Positions 60,777-64,000 of a stretch of DNA of 64,000 bases are shown here, piece after piece. Below the pieces are notes generated by a model, which was not told the origin of the DNA, searched no databases, and was given only the letters and a program-made list of their open reading frames with translations. Source of the stretch: Basidiobolus meristosporus CBS 931.73 (lineage: Eukaryota; Fungi; Basidiobolomycota); NCBI GenBank assembly GCA_002104905.1, contig MCFE01000138.1, positions 62,001 through 126,000 on the forward strand, read 5' to 3'. The translations under genes and the position numbers were made by a program. Every line of letters begins with the position of its first letter. Within the stretch, counting starts at the first letter, position 1.

Positions 60777-61874
60777 TGTTTTGATTGAGAGCTTAGTGTG
60801 TGAATGATGTCTAGCAGCAAGGTTAGCTCAATATATAGGCGTCATTTCCCCATTGTTGCACATACTTTCGTCGATAGTCGCTGTGGCTAGCTCTACATAT
60901 GGTTGTGCAAGAGAAGAAGGTTACCTGGGTAATGTAAACCAGCTCAGAAGGTTACCTTGGTAATGTAAACCAGTTCCAGGAAATTATATGTATTGATGGC
61001 CAACATCAAAAGAGCAGTAGCATTGAAATGGTATTTCTCGTATGGCATAGTGTCACCTCTTTATTCAAACATATAAATGATGCGGCAATAATATGCAAAA
61101 TCAAAGGTAGCAATCCTTGAACTGGGCTGCTCATCACATTTTGTGCCACACAGCTTTTGCCGTGCAATACACTCATCTACAAAGAATGTTCTAAATGCAG
61201 TACCACACGGCTGAAAGTAAGCCTTCCCTGTTAGTTTCAAGTGTAGAACTACTTTGCCGATAGTTCATTAGATAATTTATTAGGTAGATACAACATCTTT
61301 GGTGTCCCGGAATACCAACCTTTGACCAATACCTGAAGGGCGCAAGTAGAGAGTGTCAGCACAGCTGGCCTCAATAATAGCAGGTAAGGAGAGTTGCAAC
61401 ATGTAAAGTAACCAAGTACTCTTGAAGCATGTGCAATATAGGTCATTACGTACACTGCTAATTATCCTTCCTCTGTGCAAAGCACTCACTCAACGGTTGT
61501 TGTGGCTAGGCAGTCTGTAACAATGGAATATGTAAACCAGCTCTATACACGAATAACAATGTAATGGTTACATTCACTCTACTTATTGACAGTTATAGCA
61601 ATCATGATATACAGCATTGTTGCTTATACAGTGTAAATGATATATAGCACTGTGGCAAACAACAGTTCAATAGATGGTTCCCAATACAGTTGCACATATT
61701 AAGCCCCAAAGATGAGACCAGCATATTTTGCTATACTATTGACTCCCATTATACTGCTATATAGTTGCTTCTTGCTTCTTAAGCACTAATCTCCGTATAT
61801 ACAATACGGCTTGTCTCTAGCATCTGCATTGTCATGTGTACGTTCCACATTGAACGTACTGGATTTATTAATCA

Positions 61875-62072
61875 TCAGATACAGCATCTCTGGCCGGACT
61901 TGCATCCGGTATCCCAGAGCACGGATCTCCAACCGGTGGGGCAGCTACCGGAAACGCACAAGGAGCCTCTTGAGTTCCCTTGGGCTTGGCACGAGAGAGC
62001 ATCTACGGAGCCGGAACTGGAGCTGGCCACAAGAAAGGCGACCATCAGGGAGACTGCAAATTTCTTCATCAT
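61875..62072 (-). CDS. Secreted six-cysteine beta-defensin-like peptide, copy 2
   Basis: Signal MMKKFAVSLMVAFLVASSSSGSVDA plus LSCQAQGNSRGSLCVSGSCPTGWRSVLWDTGCKSGQRCCI (C-x10-C-x4-C-x12-C-x5-CC); TATATA ~55-60 bp upstream. Confidence 0.85.
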   Translation of the reverse strand: MMKKFAVSLMVAFLVASSSSGSVDALSCQAQGNSRGSLCVSGSCPTGWRSVLWDTGCKSGQRCCI

Positions 62073-63149
62073 TGTTTTGATTGAGAGCTTAGTGTGTGAA
62101 TGATGTCTAGCAGCAGGGTTGGCTCAATATATAGGCGTCATTTCCACATTGTTGTACATACTTTCGTCGATAGTCGCTGTGGCTAGCTCTACAAATGGTT
62201 GTACATGAGAAGAAGGCTACCTGGGTAATGTAAACCAGTTCCACAGAGCTGCAGCATTGAGATGATGTTAATACACAAAAACAAATTGGCAATCCATGAA
62301 CCGGGTTGCTCATCAGACATGCTATTGTGTAGTGGTAGTCCTACACCAATAAAGCATCTTTGGCCTCTAACTGGAAAGTAAATCAAGACCTCAAGATGCA
62401 TAGACAATCTCGATAATTACGTTTACTGTAACATGTACATTCCATGACTGTTGTGGCTAAGCAGTCTGTGACAACGGAATGAGTGTGGGTACATTGATTA
62501 CAGTCAAATCTACCATTTGAGACTTAAAGCGGTAATGATATTCAATCGGGATATGCAAAGTCCTAGGTAACACTGTCGCTTATAAAGCATAAATGAATCT
62601 TGATTTTTAGGCCTAGATGCTGCTATTTGCAATAACACGCAAGTATTTGATATAACTTTAGTGTTTGTAACGATTTGCATTGATTTTGCTACAAGTAAAT
62701 ATAGATATGAGATTGCTGTCCCACTTGGGAATTGAAATATGTTGTGTTCTTTACGACGACTTAGCCGATAATTCATTAGATAATTTATTACGTAGATACA
62801 ACATCTTTGGTGTTCCGGAATATCAAACTTTGACTTACGCCTGAAGGGCGCAAGTAGAGAGTGTCAACACAACTGGCCTCCATAATGGCAGGTAAGGAAA
62901 GTTGTAATATGTAAAGTAAGCAAGTCCTCTTGACGCATGAGCAATACAGGACATCATGTACACTGTTACTTATCCTTCCTCTGTGCAAAACACTCACTCA
63001 CATAAAGAGGAGGCTAGCATATTTTGCTACACTTTGGCCATAGTTACTGCTTGCTTCTTAAGCGCCAATCTCCGAATACTCTGTCCTGTTTCTAGCATCT
63101 GCATTATTGTGTGTAAATTCAACATTGAACATATTGGATTTATTAACTA

Positions 63150-63347
63150 TCAGATACAGCATCTTTGGCCAGACTTGCATCCAGTATCCCAGAACACGGA
63201 TCTCCAACCGGTGGGGCAGCTACCGGAAACGCACAAGGAGCCTCTTGAGTTTCCTTGGGCTTGGCACGAGAGAGCATCTACGGAGCTGGAACTGGAGCTG
63301 ACCACAAGGAAGGCGACCATCAAGGAGACAGCAAATTTCTTCATCAT
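63150..63347 (-). CDS. Secreted six-cysteine beta-defensin-like peptide, copy 3
   Basis: Same layout; the mature peptide differs from copy 2 by one residue (L/F). Confidence 0.85.
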   Translation of the reverse strand: MMKKFAVSLMVAFLVVSSSSSSVDALSCQAQGNSRGSLCVSGSCPTGWRSVFWDTGCKSGQRCCI

Positions 63348-63491
63348 TGTTTTGATTGAGAGCTTAGTGTGTGAATGATGTCTAGCAGCAAGGTTAGCTC
63401 AATATATAGGCGTCATTTCCCCATTGTTGCACATACTTTTGTCAATAGTCGCTGTGGCTAGCTCTACAAATGGTTATGCAAGAGAAGAAAG

Positions 63492-63545
63492 TTACCCGGG
63501 TAATGTAAACCAGCTCAGAAGGCTACCTGGGTAATGTAAACCAGT
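63492..63545 (-). promoter_or_regulatory. Palindromic TTACCCGGGTAA motif in a 31-bp tandem pair, upstream of the defensin-like gene
   Basis: Related motif starts 145 bp from the ATG in all three copies (60921, 62217, 63492); duplicated with period 31 in copies 1 and 3. Confidence 0.55.
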
Positions 63546-64000
63546 TCCACAAAGCTGCAGCATTATGGCATAGTGGTACAGAGTTAATGTGGTATTAATA
63601 CACAAAATCAAAATCCATAAACCGGGTTGCTCATCAGATATGCTATTGTGTAGGGGTAGTTCTACACCAATAAGGCATCTTTGGTCTCTAACGGGAAAGT
63701 AAATCAGGACCTCGAGATGCATAGACAATGTTGATAATTACGTTTACTGTAGCATGTACATTCTATGGCTGTTGTGGCTAAGCAGTCTGTAACAATGGAA
63801 TGAGAGTGAATACCGTTTGAGACTTAAAGCGGTAATGATATTCAATCAACATATGCAACGCCCTAGGTAGCACTGTCGCTTATAAAGTATAAATGATATA
63901 TAACATTGTTGCACATGGTCTGCGATAAACACTAGCTAGAGAACCCCAAAAATACCGATGAATCTTGATTTTAAATCTAGATGCCGCTATTTGCAATAAC

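Noticed and set aside
61280-62997. Duplicated 69-aa ORF (61280-61489 and 62788-62997) as an immunity or partner gene of the defensin-like peptides
   Set aside because: Many non-conservative differences between copies, non-distinctive sequence, no signal peptide or motif; likely a chance ORF in the duplicated spacer. RNA-seq could revive it.

Overview
Eukaryotic genomic DNA, probably fungal (inference; the taxon cannot be determined). About 1-38.9 kb and 47.4-54.3 kb are strongly CpG-depleted nested transposon debris. This includes Ty1/Copia fragments, a near-complete decayed Ty3/Gypsy element, solo LTRs with TSDs, and several CACTA/EnSpm-type elements. It also includes a palindrome-cored 34/40-bp satellite and two inverted 3.4-kb two-gene PHIS (PIF/Harbinger-like) transposons with ANT-type TSDs. 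Two CpG-retaining gene islands (~38.9-47.3 kb and ~54.3-64 kb) hold small secreted-protein genes. There, three families (here called A, B, C) sit in a tandemly repeated module and share a gaplessly alignable 35-residue N/Q-rich core. The second island also has a tRNA-Leu(CAG) gene and a tandem array of beta-defensin-like six-cysteine peptides. Best candidates for undescribed biology are the A/B/C secreted module and the defensin-like array. All homology calls come from motif recognition by eye; no database searches were run.
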